A DNA stretch of 64,000 nt from Felis catus (taxonomy: Eukaryota): contig NC_058368.1 of NCBI RefSeq assembly GCF_018350175.1, positions 135,658,001-135,722,000 of the forward strand, given 5' to 3'. The notes below the pieces were generated by a model. That model was given only the letters and a program-made list of their open reading frames with translations. It ran no database searches and was not told the DNA's origin. Within the stretch, counting starts at the first letter, position 1. Each line of letters opens with the position of its first letter. Positions 49,089 to 63,623 of this stretch are shown here, one piece after another. The position numbers were made by a program, and so were the translations under genes.

Positions 49089-49605
49089 GTATGTCATCGC
49101 TCTTTATCATAGTACTGTGCAAAACACCTGAACATTTTTGGCTTTTGGAATTTCATATGCTTGTTCTTTCCATTCCTTGTCACTGTGGGTCCATAGCTAA
49201 GACCAAGATAGTCAGGTAGGACAGGGTTATGAGAAATAAACCATGTACAAGCCCTCAGTAAAAGTACCTGAAGGAATATATATGTAGAAGTATAATATGT
49301 TAAGTAGCAATAGCTATAACCACATGAAAAAAAGCTCAGTAGAGTCCTTGGTAATTTTTCAATGTGAAGGGCTTATGAGGCCAAGAAATTTGAGCATCGC
49401 CAGTCAAGGTCAACCTTGTGTTCCTTCCTGATCAGAAATTGTTTACAACATTGATACAAGTGCCCAAGAGCAATGAAAAACCGAAATTGTTATTGAACAC
49501 CTGATGATCATTTGCTTAAAATGGTGTAAATTTATATAATGTCCATGAAAAGATTTCTTCTGTAAATTTAAACCTAATCTTTTTGCTTTATTTTTTCCTT
49601 TTCAG

Positions 49606-49623
49606 CGTGGAGGTCCGGAATAA
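49606..49623 (+). CDS. MRPS36: MRPS36 / KGD4, exon 4 with stop codon
   Basis: ttttcag|CGT GGA GGT CCG GAA TAA gives RGGPE*. The four exons total 312 nt (103 aa plus stop). Confidence 0.95.
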   Translation, partial: RGGPE

Positions 49624-49670
49624 TCACTGACAGTGTGGCTGCTGTTTGCCATCAAAGGAATAGTCTTTAC

Positions 49671-49725
49671 AATAAAGGACTTCCAAAGTGGCACATGAGA
49701 AGCTACATTAAACAACTTGAATAAA
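49671..49725 (+). terminator. MRPS36 polyadenylation signals
   Basis: AATAAA at 49671-49676 and 49720-49725, ATTAAA at 49707-49712. Confidence 0.65.
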
Positions 49726-49967
49726 TATTCTGTTAAAAAAAATGAAATAGAAAATTTAGATGGACACTTGTATCTCCTAATATATGTATGTTGGTCAGCT
49801 TCTCCACAAGCTTACCTAATTGTTTATATACTTATTAAAGTATACATTTTTAAATGTAGCCTATTAATTTACTCTTGATTATCAAGTATTATCAGTGTTG
49901 AGCTATTAAAAGCACACAATATCTAGTAAACTGTCATAGGTTTCCCATAATTTCACTTTTGTTTCAG

Positions 49968-50032
49968 TTTCCTTCCTTCCTTCCTTCCTTCCTCCCTCCC
50001 TCCCTCCCCCCCTCCCCTCCCCTCCCCTCCCC
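49968..50032. repeat. Polypyrimidine (TTCC)n/(CTCC)n/(CCCCT)n tract at a SINE tail
   Basis: Uninterrupted pyrimidines on the + strand. Confidence 0.9.
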
Positions 50033-51564
50033 AGCACATACATAACTGGGGGAATGGCAGAGGGAGAGAATCTTCAGCAGGCTCCAAGCTCAGTGTGGAG
50101 CCTGATGTGGGGCTCAGTCTCATGACCATGAAATCATGACCTGAGCCGAAATCAAGAGTCAGAAGTTTAACCTACTGAGCCACCCAGGCGCCCCTCAGTT
50201 TCTTTTTAAGACATGGAAAGATTTATCAGATAGAATTGCTGCTTTTGGGAAGTGATTTTCCTGAAGTTGGATGAGGATCAGTGAAAGAATGACTCCATTA
50301 TTTGTTCTTAATTTTCTTTATATTTTTCCATTCACAAAATTACTGGAGTATAACTAGTTTAAAAACCATACCCTACACTAAATAATAAAAATACAGCCAA
50401 GGTAAAACAGGTGACTTTGTGGTAGTAAAACTGGGAGTTAATACAAAAGATTATTTGTAACCTACATTCAGAAGAAAATGAATATAACATAGAAACATAT
50501 AACATTGAGTAGAAACTGCAACTTACTATGTTATTAGGGCTGTTAAGAAAGTCTTATTCTTTGATTTATTTTACTGTTTTGTCATCATGTGTGCAAATTC
50601 TGATAACCACTAACTTTCTCAAACTTAATGTCTGAAAGCCTCTTAAAATCGACCTAGATATTTACCTAATTAAGGCAATTTATGAAACTTTAATAAGGTC
50701 TTACAATGCCAAGGGTATGTATTATTGTGAAACTAAAGCCTCACAAAGCTAAATAAATTTTCTTCCATACCTTGAATGATTTCTAGAATATGCTTTAAAG
50801 AAGTCATCCTTAATAGTAAGGGTAGCTAGTGGGCAATAGACCGAGTCAAATTGTTGAGTATCGCTCAGTTGCCTGCCAATTAAGCTTTACTTTTTCTTTC
50901 TTTTTCTTTTCTTTTTCTTTTTTTTTTTTTCTTTTTACTATTCCAGGGTTGTGGCCTAATATAAATATTGCCCATCTCAATTATCAAATATGAGACTGAT
51001 ATTTGGTGGTAGCAATAAGCTATTCTGGTGATTCATAACATGATTCATGATTTTTTTTTTTTTTAAACCTGTTTAGAAAGTTTTGTTAAAAAATATCACC
51101 ATTCTCTTTTTTCTCTCTGTAATTTTTTCATTTCAGTAAAAGGAAGCCAAGGACAATTTTTTTTTTTTTTTGCTTTCAGAAACAGTGGGTTCAAGTAATG
51201 AAGACTGATTTGTGTACTCCTGTGGGCCAGCAGTCAGGAACCCCATACTAGAACTGTCTGAAATTCACCTTACTACAGATCCTACCATGAAAGTTGCAGT
51301 GAAAAAATAGATCACTTTTATAGAATCTGTGAACACAAGTATGGCAAAAAGGCATATTCAGTGGGAGTTGGTGTCACAGGATGAGTTCCCAACAAGGATA
51401 GTATAGAAAGAATTCTGGCTTAGCTTTAAATAGCCTGTATTTTCATTTCAGAGTGAAGCACTTAAAATGTGTAACCATCAGCAAATTGCTGAATTTGTTC
51501 AAGTTTTTCAGTTTTCCTCTCCAATACTACACAGTGTGATAGGCGGAATCACAGTAGTGTATTA

Positions 51565-52102
51565 TGTATTACTTTGTAGCAATTGAAAACTTAATGACTA
51601 AACACCCAAAATGTAGTGGCTAAAAACAACAATAATCACTTAATAGCTCATGGTTCCTCTGGGTCTGGAATTCTGGACCGTTTGGTTTCGCAGTTGTGCT
51701 CGGTGTCTCTCATGAGGCTGCAATCAGATGCCAGCGAGGACTGCGGTTATCTGGAAGCTTGACTGGAGCTAGATTATCTACCTCCAGTGGCTCATTCACG
51801 TGGCTGGCAAGTTGATGCTGGCTGTTGGTGGGAGGCCCCAGTTCTTCCCCACATAGGCCTCTTCACAGGGCTACCTGATTGAATTCATGATATGGTGGCT
51901 GACTTACCCCAGAGCAAATGATCTATGCTTGCAAGGCAGGCAGAGCAATGCCTTTTATGATCCAGACTGAAAAGTTACAACACTTCTGTCATATTCTACA
52001 GGTCACACAGAACAGCCTGTTTCACTGTCAGAGGAGACTGCACAAGCACATTGATACAGAATGGAAGATTCATTGGGGCCATCATGAAAGCTGGCTATTG
52101 CT
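51565..52102. mobile_element. Solo MLT1F-type MaLR LTR
   Basis: ggctcattcacgtggctggcaagttgatgctggctgttgg and cattggggccatcatgaaagctggct match the MLT1F family pattern. Confidence 0.8.
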
Positions 52103-52859
52103 AATGGGTGCAAGTGCTTTCTAAACTGTATAATGCTATACAGATGACAAAAGGTATTTTATGCATACAGTGACCTAATGAAGCCAGAATATGACCTAAA
52201 CAACTGCCTTTTTACCCTACTTAAAATGTCCCCAGATAGGAATTAAGTTGTCAACAGCATAGTATAATGTGATCATCAATTCATATGCCATGACATACTT
52301 CAGAGCCTCTAGCCTCACAGGTGTATCATCACATTTAGCTCACTACTTAGCTTATTGCTACTACAAGTGAGGTTAAATTACTATTAAAGTGAGGGAACTT
52401 TGGGGGAATTTTAAATTCTGTGATTCTCATATATTATTAGGTATGACTTGACACAATTAAGAGACAATGGTAAAGATGGTGTGTTTGTGTAATGTATGAG
52501 AAGTTTGCCTATGAACATATCAGAGCTCAATAAAAACCCAAGTGACAAAGACCTGGAAGGAGACCAGTAATAGTTACGCAATGACAAACAGCACTGTCAG
52601 ACCCTATTCTAAGGGTTTTGGAAATGTGAAGTCATTTAAGACTTGCAGCAACCCAATGAATAGTTGGAAACTAGAAACCAAAAGGTAAGTACTTTGCCCA
52701 AGTAATAAATCTAGTGGTTGAATATTTGTGGGGCCAGTACTCAAATGCAGGCAGTCTAGATCCAGAGCAAGAACTCAACCTTTACATTACCTTGACTAAA
52801 TGATGAGTGTTGGTATTTTGCTGCCTTTTTCAACTCTGAATATTCGCAACTCTTAGAAA

Positions 52860-53835
52860 CAACAAATGCTCCAGCTCAAAACCTTGGAATTACTGTTTTG
52901 TTTTTCCTCCCCCCACAACCCATATCCAGTCTGTCAGTAAATCTTATTGGCTAGAAGCCAAAATGATACCACCTTACATAGCTTACTGCAATAATTCTTT
53001 CACAGGTCTTGATTTTTTCCTGCCCCTTTAAGTCTATACTGCTGTCAGTGTAAAGGGCCATAGTGAACTTTAAAACAATCAGATCACATTACTTTGCTGA
53101 AAACTCTACAGTGGCTTTTTTTTTTTTTTTTTTTTTTGGCAGTGTCTTTTCAGTGATGTCTTTTATTCTTTTATTTTTTTTTAACTTTTTTTTTTTAATT
53201 TATTTTTGAGACAGAGAGAGACAGAGCATGAACGGGGGAGGGGCAGAGAGAGAGGGAGACACAGAATTGGAAGCAGGCTCCAGGCTCTGAGCCATCAGCC
53301 CAGAAACGGATGCGGGGCTCGAACTCATGGACCGTGAGATCGTGACCTGAGCTGAAGTCGGACGCTTAACCGACTAAGCCACCCAGGCGCCCCTCAGTGA
53401 TGTCTTTTAACACCTATTTAAAAAAAAATTTTTTTAACCTTTGTTTTTATTTTTGAGACAGAGAGAGACAGAGCATGAATGGGGGAGAGTCAGAGAGAGG
53501 GAAACACAGAATCTGAAACAAGCTCCAGGCTCTGAGCCGTCAGCACAGAGCCTGACGCAGGGCTCAAACTCACGGACTGAGAGATCACGACCTGAGCCGA
53601 AGTCGGACGCTTAACCGACTGAGCCACCCAGGCGCCCCTTTTAACACCTATTTAAAACTGCAAGCCCTACTATATCCTTTTTCCTGCTTTATTATCTCTA
53701 TAGCACTGAATTCTGTGTACCGTATTTTATCCCCTTCCATTGGAAAGCATGGTTCCTTGTCTTTTTCCCTCCTGATTTCTGAGCCTGGCACATAGCACTC
53801 AATATACATTCGCTGAATAGTGAATTAATGTGTTG
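52860..53835 (+). mobile_element. L2 3' fragment interrupted by two tandem CanSINEs (53165-53638)
   Basis: tcagatcacattactttgctgaaaactctacagtggc and gcctggcacatagcactcaata...gctgaatagtgaat. Confidence 0.65.
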
Positions 53836-54059
53836 AAAACTTATGCGAATCAAGGTTGAGTACTGCTCACAGTTAACAAGCACCTACTATGTCTAAACTT
53901 TCTGGGTATCTGATTTACTCTTCAAAACCACTTATGATGTAGCCTATTTCCATTCTACAAAGTAGAAAACCGATGATCAGATGTCTGTTCCACAGTACAA
54001 AATTCTTCAGCTGACCTGGAATTTTTTCTCCCGGTAGTGCTTCTTTACAAAGGACTGAA

Positions 54060-54940
<881 letters not shown>

Positions 54941-55006
54941 AAAAAGTGAAAAGGCAAACACAAAAGAGCTCCCACGAACTTAGATTGTTTCTGCTTTTCT
55001 CTCTAG

Positions 55007-55066
55007 TTTGCCACGGTTTACAAGGCCAGAGACAAGAACACCAACCAAATTGTCGCCATTAAGAAA
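55007..55066 (+). CDS. CDK7: Cyclin-dependent kinase 7, exon 2
   Basis: ctctag|TTT...AAA|gtgagt. Translates to FATVYKARDKNTNQIVAIKK (VAIK motif). Confidence 0.97.
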
Positions 55067-56786
55067 GTGAGTTACCGTCTGTTATTTTTCCTGGAGTCTC
55101 CGAGCATATCTGTGTGTGTGAGCTCTTGCATGGGCTTTTTACTACTCTTGACCGTACTCTGCTCATGAGGAGTTATTTATGTCATTTTCGGGGAAGGTAG
55201 AATTTATTAATATTTTGTGTTCCAAGATGGAACTCGGGTGAACTAGTTTTTTGTTGTTGTTCCATTAGTTGAAATAAAGAGAAAGCTGTATGTTACGTTT
55301 GCTTTTTAAACTCGGACGTGGGCAAGGGGGACAAGGACTCATCTGTTGGGTCCTTAGAACTATTTTAATATCCTTATCTTCCCAGGTCACCGTTTCTGCC
55401 ACACCTGCATCCATTTTGTGCATCGTCTGTATTTTCTTTCTTTCTTTTTTTTTTTATTAAGTTTATTTTGAGAGGGGGAGGAGGGGCAGAGAGAGGGAGA
55501 AAAAGAATCTCAAGTAGACTCTGTACTGTCAGCAGATTCGAACTCACAAAGCGTGTGATCATAACCTGAGCCGCAACCAAGTCCTACAGCTTAATGGTCT
55601 GAACCGCACCCCCCCCCACCCCCCGCCAGGCGCCCCTCATTTGTATTTTCTGTGTACAGATTTTCCATGTAAGGCTTTTACGAGCATTATCATTATCATT
55701 TTAAAAAATTATTTTTGTAGCTTTTTGACTTGGATTCATTCAAGAAACTTCAGTCATATTTAGCTTATTTTCTACATGTCAGGCACTTTCACTTACGTTT
55801 TTTCTTTTAGTCTTCAAAATAGCCATGTGAAATAAAGTATCCCTATATAATACTTGAGATACCTGAGCTAAGAAAGATTAAGTAACTCGTCAAGCTGACA
55901 CAGATCCTAACTGATAAAACTAGAATTTCAGTCCAGGTGTTTTGATGCCAGGTTGCATGTTCTTTCCTGGCCTACTGAAATCAGTAACCCTCTGAAAGAG
56001 AGGCTGTTGTCACATTTCAGGGCCTGTTGGGGGAGGTGATCTCCACCTTCTTATTGTTCCTGTTGCTGTTTGAATCTGTTTCTCCTTCAAAATTCCTAAC
56101 TCCTTTGAAGCATATCCCCCTGATTCATTTAATACCTGACTTCCTATCTCCCTTTGCAGTTATTTTTGCTATTTTTGTCTTTTCACTTTTTCTGGCTTCT
56201 CTCTGCTTCATTTCCCAATTTATGTTCTGTAATCCAGCACTGTAGCTACTCCTGTGTAAAAGCCTAATCTATTCTGACCCTTTCTAAAGTCATGTTTTTA
56301 TTTCTACCCGTGGTTCGCTATATTCTAGCCCCACTGACCTTTCTGTCCCTTGAACACATTAAATTCAGTTCGTTCCCAGGATCATTGCAGCATCATATGC
56401 TGCCTTCTGGTTAGCATATTTTTCCTCTAAAACTTGGCATGACTGATTCCTAATCTTGAAAACTCACTCACATGTCTGTTCCACATAGAGGCCTTCACTG
56501 GTCACCCTTGTCGTCTTTGCCATATTTCTCCGTTATCTTCATAACATTTATCAAAATCTGAAGTCCTCTTATCTATCAACTTATTGTGTGTCTACTTCCA
56601 CTCAAATAATACTTTGGTCTGTGGCCAGTAGTTTTGTAGACATTTATTAAAAATGTATTAACCTGGGGTGCCTGGGTGGCTCAGTCAGTTAAGTGTCCAA
56701 CTTCAGCTCAGGTCATGATCTTGCAGTTTGTGAGTTTGAGCCCGGCATTGGGCTCTGTGCTGTCAGTGCAGAGCCTGCTTTGGATC

Positions 56787-56839
<53 letters not shown>

Positions 56840-56882
56840 ATGCTCCCGTGCTCACGCATACATGCTCTCTCTCAAAATAATT

Positions 56883-57100
56883 GGGGCGCCTGGGTGGCAC
56901 AGTCGGTTAAGCGTCCAACTTCAGCCAGGTCACGATCTCGCGGTCCGTGAGTTCGAGCCCTGCGTCAGGCTCTGGGCTGATGGCTCAGAGCCTGGAGCCT
57001 GTTTCCGATTCTGTGTCTCCCTCTCTCTCTGCCCCTCCCCCGTTCATGCTCTGTCTCTCTCTGTCCCAAAAAAAATAAATAAACGTTGAAAAAAAAATTA
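56883..57100 (+). mobile_element. Young SINEC_Fc-type CanSINE in the tail of an older SINE (which starts at 56664)
   Basis: Carries the diagnostic cagccaggtcacgatctcgcggtccg. Confidence 0.9.
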
Positions 57101-57721
57101 AAAAAAATAAAATAAAATAAGACATTAAAAACTATAAGTAAAAAATAAAAATGATTAACCAGATTGATATAATTCCTTCAGTGTTAGTATATTGAGTTCT
57201 GTAGTTATCTGAAAATCCTAGTGGGGTTTGTTTTGTTTGGGGTTTTTTTTGCTTGTTTTTAACATAAGTTAGGATTTAAAATCCATCCTGTTTCTCTTTG
57301 ATAGACTTTTACCCCTTGACGGTGACTCACAGTGGAATCTTCTTTTATTTATTATTTCTTTAATTTTGAGAGAGAGAGAGAGAGCAAGGGAGAGGGGCAG
57401 TGGGAGAGAGAGAGAGAAAATGTCTTATGCAGGCTCCACTCTCAGTGTGGAGCCCGATGCAGGACTCGATTCCACTACATCGGGATAAAGACCTGAGCCA
57501 AAATCAAGGGTCAGATGCTCAACCGACTGGGCCACCCAGGTGCCCCGTACATTTATTTTTTTAATATTATGTTTAAGTAATTTCTGCCACCCAGTAAGTA
57601 TAAGGCTTGACTCACCATCCCAGGATCAGGAGTTACATGCGTTTCCTACTGAACCAGCCAGGTGCTCCTTTACATTTAATTTTTATTTCCAATAATACAT
57701 CTTTGTGGTTTTTAAAAAAAA

Positions 57722-57938
57722 AATTTTTTTTTCAACGTTTATTTATTTTTTTTGGGACAGAGAGAGACAGAGCATGAACGGGGGAGGGGCAGAGAGAGAG
57801 GGAGACACAGAATCGGAAACAGGCTCCAGGCTCCGAGCCATCAGCCCAGAGCCTGACGCGGGGCTCGAACTCACGGACCGCGAGATCGTGACCTGGCTGA
57901 AGTCGGACGCTTAACCGACTGCGCCACCCTGGCGCCCC
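57722..57938 (-). mobile_element. Young SINEC_Fc-type CanSINE
   Basis: TSD catctttgtggtttt at 57698-57712 and 57940-57954. Confidence 0.93.
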
Positions 57939-58809
57939 TCATCTTTGTGGTTTTAAAATAAAAGGCCAAGGCTTTTTAAGGTGCTTGACTCTTCTAGCCC
58001 TGTTTTTCACTCCTTGGAGCAATCACTTTCAACTCCTATAATTTGCCTCTGGTATTTACTTTTTTTTTTTTTTTTTAATGTTTATTTATTTTTGATAAAA
58101 GAGAGTGAGAGAGACAGAGTGCAAGTAGGGGAGGGGCAGAGAGACAGTGAGACACAGAATCCGAATCAGGCTCCAGGCTCTGAGCTGTCAGCCCAGAGCC
58201 TGACACGGGGCTCAAACCCACAAACCACGAGATCATGACCTGAGCCAGAGTTGGATGCTTAACCAACCGAGCCACCCTGGGGCCCCAAAATTCGCTTCTT
58301 TTTAAGCAATCTCTACACCCAACTTGGGGCTTGAACTCACAACCCTGAGATCAAGAGTCACATGTTCCACCTATTGAGCCAGCCAGGCACCCCTTTCTGG
58401 TATTTACTTATTTCTGTTTCATTAAATAATTTGCTTACATTGTTATTTCTTGAGACCCCCCCCCCCAAACCTCGTTTTAGGCATTCTTTCTGCTATAGAT
58501 TTGATGTTTTGGACCTTCCCCTCCCAACACTCAAAATTTTTACTCGTTCATTTACTAACATTTGTGCTTAATTTTACAAAAAATGAGTATTCTGTATTCT
58601 TTCACCTATTGTATCTTGGACTTTTAAGATGTCATAGAGGTAAGTGAAATATTTAATTTCTACTGAAATTTATAAAATAGCATTGGTCTCTACCTCATCT
58701 TTTTAAACAGATCATACTGAATTTATGTTTCCCAATTTATTTAACCAATCCTGTATTAGTGGCCTTTCGGAGTATTTTGTTTACTTGCTGGCTGGCTGCC
58801 TGCCTGCCT

Positions 58810-59975
58810 AAACCCCCATATATAAATTTTCTTTTGCAGTTTGTTTTTCTGATTCAGCATTATTTCTGAAATCTTCTACATGGATACTGTAGATCTGGTT
58901 TATTTATGATCATTGGTGATTAGATTTCATCATATGACTACAGTAAAATTTGCCCATCCAAATTCTTGTTGATAAACATTTAGGCTGTTTTGTTGTCTTT
59001 ATGTTTTCCCTTAAAATAGCCCTATAGACATTCCTATTCATGTGAGTTTCTTTAGAGAATATATCCTTATTTGAAGCCAACTATGAATTATTATTCTTTT
59101 AGGGAATATATAGCATCAGCCTCACCACATATTGTTAGATTGCTTTTCAAAGTGGTTGGACTAGTTTGACTTCCTCCCCACATTCTTATCATATTTGTAT
59201 TGTCAGATTTTACAACATTTGTCAATTACCTGCATCAGAAATAGTATATGATTGTTTAAATTAATTGTTTAAAATAATTGTTTCAATTTCTCTGATTACC
59301 AGTTAGATTGATCATCCTTTCTTAGATTTATTAACTTTTTAGACTTTCTCCTATGAGTTTTTCTGTTAGCTTGCTTGCATTTTTTCCTTCCTGTTGATTT
59401 GGTGGAATTCTTTATATATTCTGGGCATTGACCCTTTGTCAAAAAATACAAACTACAGATATCATCTCCCAGTCCTTGACTAGACTTTTAGTTTATATAT
59501 GGTATCTTCTGAAGTCCAGAAATTTAGAATTCTGTTCTGGTTGAATTTGTCCATTTTTTTCCTTCATGGGTTTCCATCTTGTATGCTTGCCAACCTCCAG
59601 TTTGTAAAGGATTCTATTTACTAAATATTTTAAAATACTGCTTTTCACACTTAGGTCTTTGTTCCATCTGGAGTTAATTTTTCTATTTTGTGTAATATGA
59701 GGATCCAGTATTTTTTTCCTTGCTGACCCAGCATAATTGATAGTCTGTCCTTTTCCTGGTGAGTTGTAACACGAAGTTCTGCATTTAGTTGTAATGCCAT
59801 GTTCCATTATATACTTGGATCTGTTTCCGGGCACCGTACTTTTTTTCCATTGATTGATTTTTTTCCATCCTTGCTCAAGTACTATAGTGTCTTTAATTAT
59901 TACTGCCTTATAAAAAGGCTTGAAATCTGGTAAGTTGCACATACCTGTTTTTCTTCAAAATTATCTTGTCTACTT
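58810..59975 (-). mobile_element. Old L1M ORF2 fragment (resumes near 60960-61620)
   Basis: ORF 59493-59942 contains LPDFKPFYKAVIIK and KINSRWNKDLSVK, both L1 ORF2-like. Confidence 0.75.
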
Positions 59976-61019
59976 TATCTGCCATTTGGGAAATTTCTGA
60001 CAATCAGAATTTGATATGAATTAGATATTACATGGTGCTGAGGCATTATTAATAATTTTGTAGGTATGAAATAGCATTTTGCATATGTAAGAAAATGTCC
60101 GTATTTTAGAGGTGCCTACTTAAGTACATGGGGATGAAATGACATGAAATGTGAGGTTTGTTATAAAACATTTTAGCCAACAGAAAGGGGGGCAGAGATT
60201 AATGATGTAGTAAGTGAGGGTCACCTGAGTGGCTCAGTAGGTTAAGCATCCAACTTGGTTGAGATCATGATCTCATGGTTGGCGAGTTCGAGCCCCATGT
60301 TGGGCTCTCTGCTGTCAGCATGGAGCCTGCTTGGAATCCGCTGTTTCCCTCTCTCTGCCCTTCTACCACCTGCATGCGCTAGCATACTCTCTCTCTCTCT
60401 TTCTCACAAATAAACATTGAGGCACCTGGGTGGCTCAGTTGGTTAAGTCTCTGACTTTGGCTTCAAGTCGTGATGTTGAGGTTCTTGAGTTTGAGCCCGG
60501 CATTGGGCTCTGTGCTGAATGCTCGGAGCCTGGAGCCTGCTTCGGATTCTTTCTCCCTCTATCTGTGCCCCTCTACCACTTGTGCTTTGTCTCTCTCTCA
60601 AACATTAAAAAAAGTAAGTAAACATTTTAAAAATAATAATAATGAAATAAGTGTGGCAAAATACTGATAATTGTTTAATCTGGGTGATGAAGTAGATGAC
60701 TTCATGAAACTAATATATTTTTACTGTGGTTGGAAAATGTAATTTGGGGGCACCTTCCTGGCTCAGTCGGTTAAATGTCAGACTTTGGCTCAGGTTGTGA
60801 TCTCGTGGTTCATGAGTTCAAGCCCCACGTCCACCTCTGTGCTGACACCTCAGAGCCTGGAGCCTGTTTCAGATTCTGTGTCTCCCTCTCTCTCTGTCCC
60901 TCCCTTGCTTGCTCTGTCTCTCAAAAATAAAGAAATTTTTTTTAATTCAGAAAATTAATAATTTTTAAAATTGTTCTTAGCTCCTTAATATTCCATGTAG
61001 AATTTAGAATCAGTTTGTC

Positions 61020-61021
61020 AC

Positions 61022-61084
<63 letters not shown>

Positions 61085-61087
61085 TCA
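61020..61087. repeat. (TTTC)n microsatellite at a SINE tail
   Basis: About 16 units. Confidence 0.93.
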
Positions 61088-61644
61088 TATTTGTGATCTT
61101 TATTTATTTTGGGGAGAGAGAGAGAGAGAGAAGCAGAGCTCCAGCGGAGGTGGAACAGAGAGAGAGGGAGACAGAATCCGAAGCAGGCTCCAGGCTCTGA
61201 GGTGTCAGCACAGAGCCCAATGTGGGGCTTGAACTCATGAGCTGTGAGTTCATGACCTGAGCTGAAGTCAGACACTTAAATGACTGAGACACCCAGGTGC
61301 CCCTGTCACTGTTCTTTAAAAAATGCTGTTGAGATTTGGATTTGGTTGCATTGAACTTAAAGAAAATTTATGTATTTGGTATATTTATGATAGTACTGAG
61401 TTTTGCTGTCCATGAATGTGGCATTTGTTTATTTTGGTCTCATTTTTAAGCATGTTTTAATATTCTTTTATAATTTAGTTTTGGAAGGCTTAGCACATCT
61501 GTTGTTAGATTTATTCCTAAAGTGCCTTATATTTTTTGATGCTATACTAGTCTATCTTTACGTAAAAAGTTGTGTCTGTAGTATTATAGGGAGATGTCTT
61601 TTTATGTCTTTTAATCTATATTTTTTATCGTTATCAAGAATCTT

Positions 61645-62275
61645 ATTTTTTTAATTCCAGTATAGCTAACATACAGTGTTGCATTAGTTTCTGATGTACA
61701 ATATAGTGACTCAACAATTCTATACGTAACTCACGGTTTATCATAAGTGTACTCTTAATCCCCTTAACCTATTTCACCCATTCTCCCTACCTTCCCTCTT
61801 TGTTCTCTGTAGTTAAGAGTCTCTTTCTTGGTTTGTCTCCTTTTTTATTTGAGTTTGTTTTGCTTCTTAAATTCCACGTATGAGAGAAATCATACGGTAT
61901 TTGTCTTTCTCTTACTTATTTCACTTAGTGTTATAGCCTCTAGATCCATCCATGTTGTTGTAAATGGCAAGATTTCATTCTTTTCTTTTTTGTGGCCGAG
62001 TAATAGTCTATTGTGAATATATGTACCACATCTCTATCTATTATTCATCTATAGATGGACACTTGGGCACTTGAGTTGCTTCTGTAGTTGGGCTTTTGTA
62101 AATAATGTTGCAGTTAACACAGGAGTGCATATATCTTTTTGAATTAGTGTTTTCATATTCTTTAGGTAGGTAAATACCCAGTAGTGAAATTACTGGATCC
62201 TGTGGTAATTGTATTTTTAATTTTTTGAGGAACTTCTGTACTGTTTTCCACAGTGGCCGCAATCAGTTTGTATTT
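61645..62275 (-). mobile_element. 5'-truncated carnivore L1
   Basis: 3' UTR plus ORF2 C-terminal remnant PLWKTVQKFLKKLKIQLPQDPVISLLGIY. Confidence 0.85.
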
Positions 62276-63209
62276 AGTTTTTTAGGTACAATAGCTTTTT
62301 CAGAAGTAGTTCTTTTTTATTTTGTTTTGTTTTGTTTCTTAGTATTCTTGATTGCATTTAGTCATTGTATAAAGCAGTGAGTAAGAGACTGGTGTAAGCC
62401 TGAACCTATTAATGCAATTTGTTATACTTATTTCTTTATTGTTATACTTACTAAGAGTAACAACAGTTAAACCATTTTTTGTATTCCTAATTTGTAATTT
62501 TGCTTTTTAGAAACTGTGTTCCCTAAGAGCATATTATTGGGCATATTAATAAACATGTTACTTTAGAGGCGCCAGGGTTGCTTATTTGGTTGGTTGAGCA
62601 TCCGACTTCGGCGCAGGTCATGGTCTCGTGCATCTTGAGTTTGCGCCCGATATTGGGCTCACTGCTGTCAGCACGTAGCAGCCTTTGAACCCTTTGTCTT
62701 CCTCTCTCTGCCCCTCTCCCACTTGCGTGCGCCCTCTGTCTCAAAAAAAAAATACATAAACATTTTTTTTTTAATTCTTTTTGATGTTTATTCATTTTTG
62801 AGAGACAGAGACAGAGTGCGAGCAGGGGAGGGGCAGAGAGAGAGGGAGACACAGAATCCGAAACAGGCTCCAGGCTCTGAGCTGTCAGCACAGAGCCCGA
62901 CGCAGGGCTCAAACTCACGAACCGCGAGATATGACCTGAGCCGAAGTCGGATGCTTAACCGACTGAGCCACCCAGGCGCCCCCATAAACATTTTTTTAAA
63001 ACATGTTATTTTATGTTTATATGTTATGTATTTCCTCCCAAATAGGCTACCTTGAAGTGCTATTTTTGTTTGTTAATCAGGATGCCCTCAGTTACTTTTC
63101 CACATTTAATCTTGCAAAGATACAGGAGACATTTATTTTCTTAAGTCCATTATTTGAATGTATAACTTAAAAACTTAAAGAGTGAGGAATGGTAGGTACT
63201 TGATCCTTT

Positions 63210-63430
63210 TTTTAAATTTTTTTGCAACGTTTTTTATTTATTTTTGGGACAGAGAGAGACAGAGCATGAACGGGGGAGGGGCAGAGAGAGAGGGAGACAC
63301 AGAATCGGAAACAGGCTCCAGGCTCCGAGCCATCAGCCCCGAGCCTGACGCGGGGCTCGAACTCCCGGACCGCGAGATCGTGACCTGGCTGAAGTCGGAC
63401 GCTTAACCGACTGCGCCACCCAGGCGCCCC
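63210..63430 (-). mobile_element. Young SINEC_Fc-type CanSINE
   Basis: TSD cttgatccttt at 63199-63209 and 63431-63441. Confidence 0.93.
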
Positions 63431-63623
63431 CTTGATCCTTTCTTATATTGTTAATTTTGCTTTTCAAATTCGTGATTTCTACTCTCTTCTTGCTTACTAG
63501 CTACATGTAAGTTGCTACATGTTTTTACTGTGGCTATGTATTTGAAGTGTTTGTATTTTATGCATGAAGTCTAAAATAATTTAACACATTTTTAGTGTTT
63601 GTTTTTTTTTCCCCCTCTACCAG

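Noticed and set aside
38219..49623. Calling MRPS36 a mitoribosomal protein
   Set aside because: The name is historical. The protein is established as the KGD4 subunit of the 2-oxoglutarate dehydrogenase complex.
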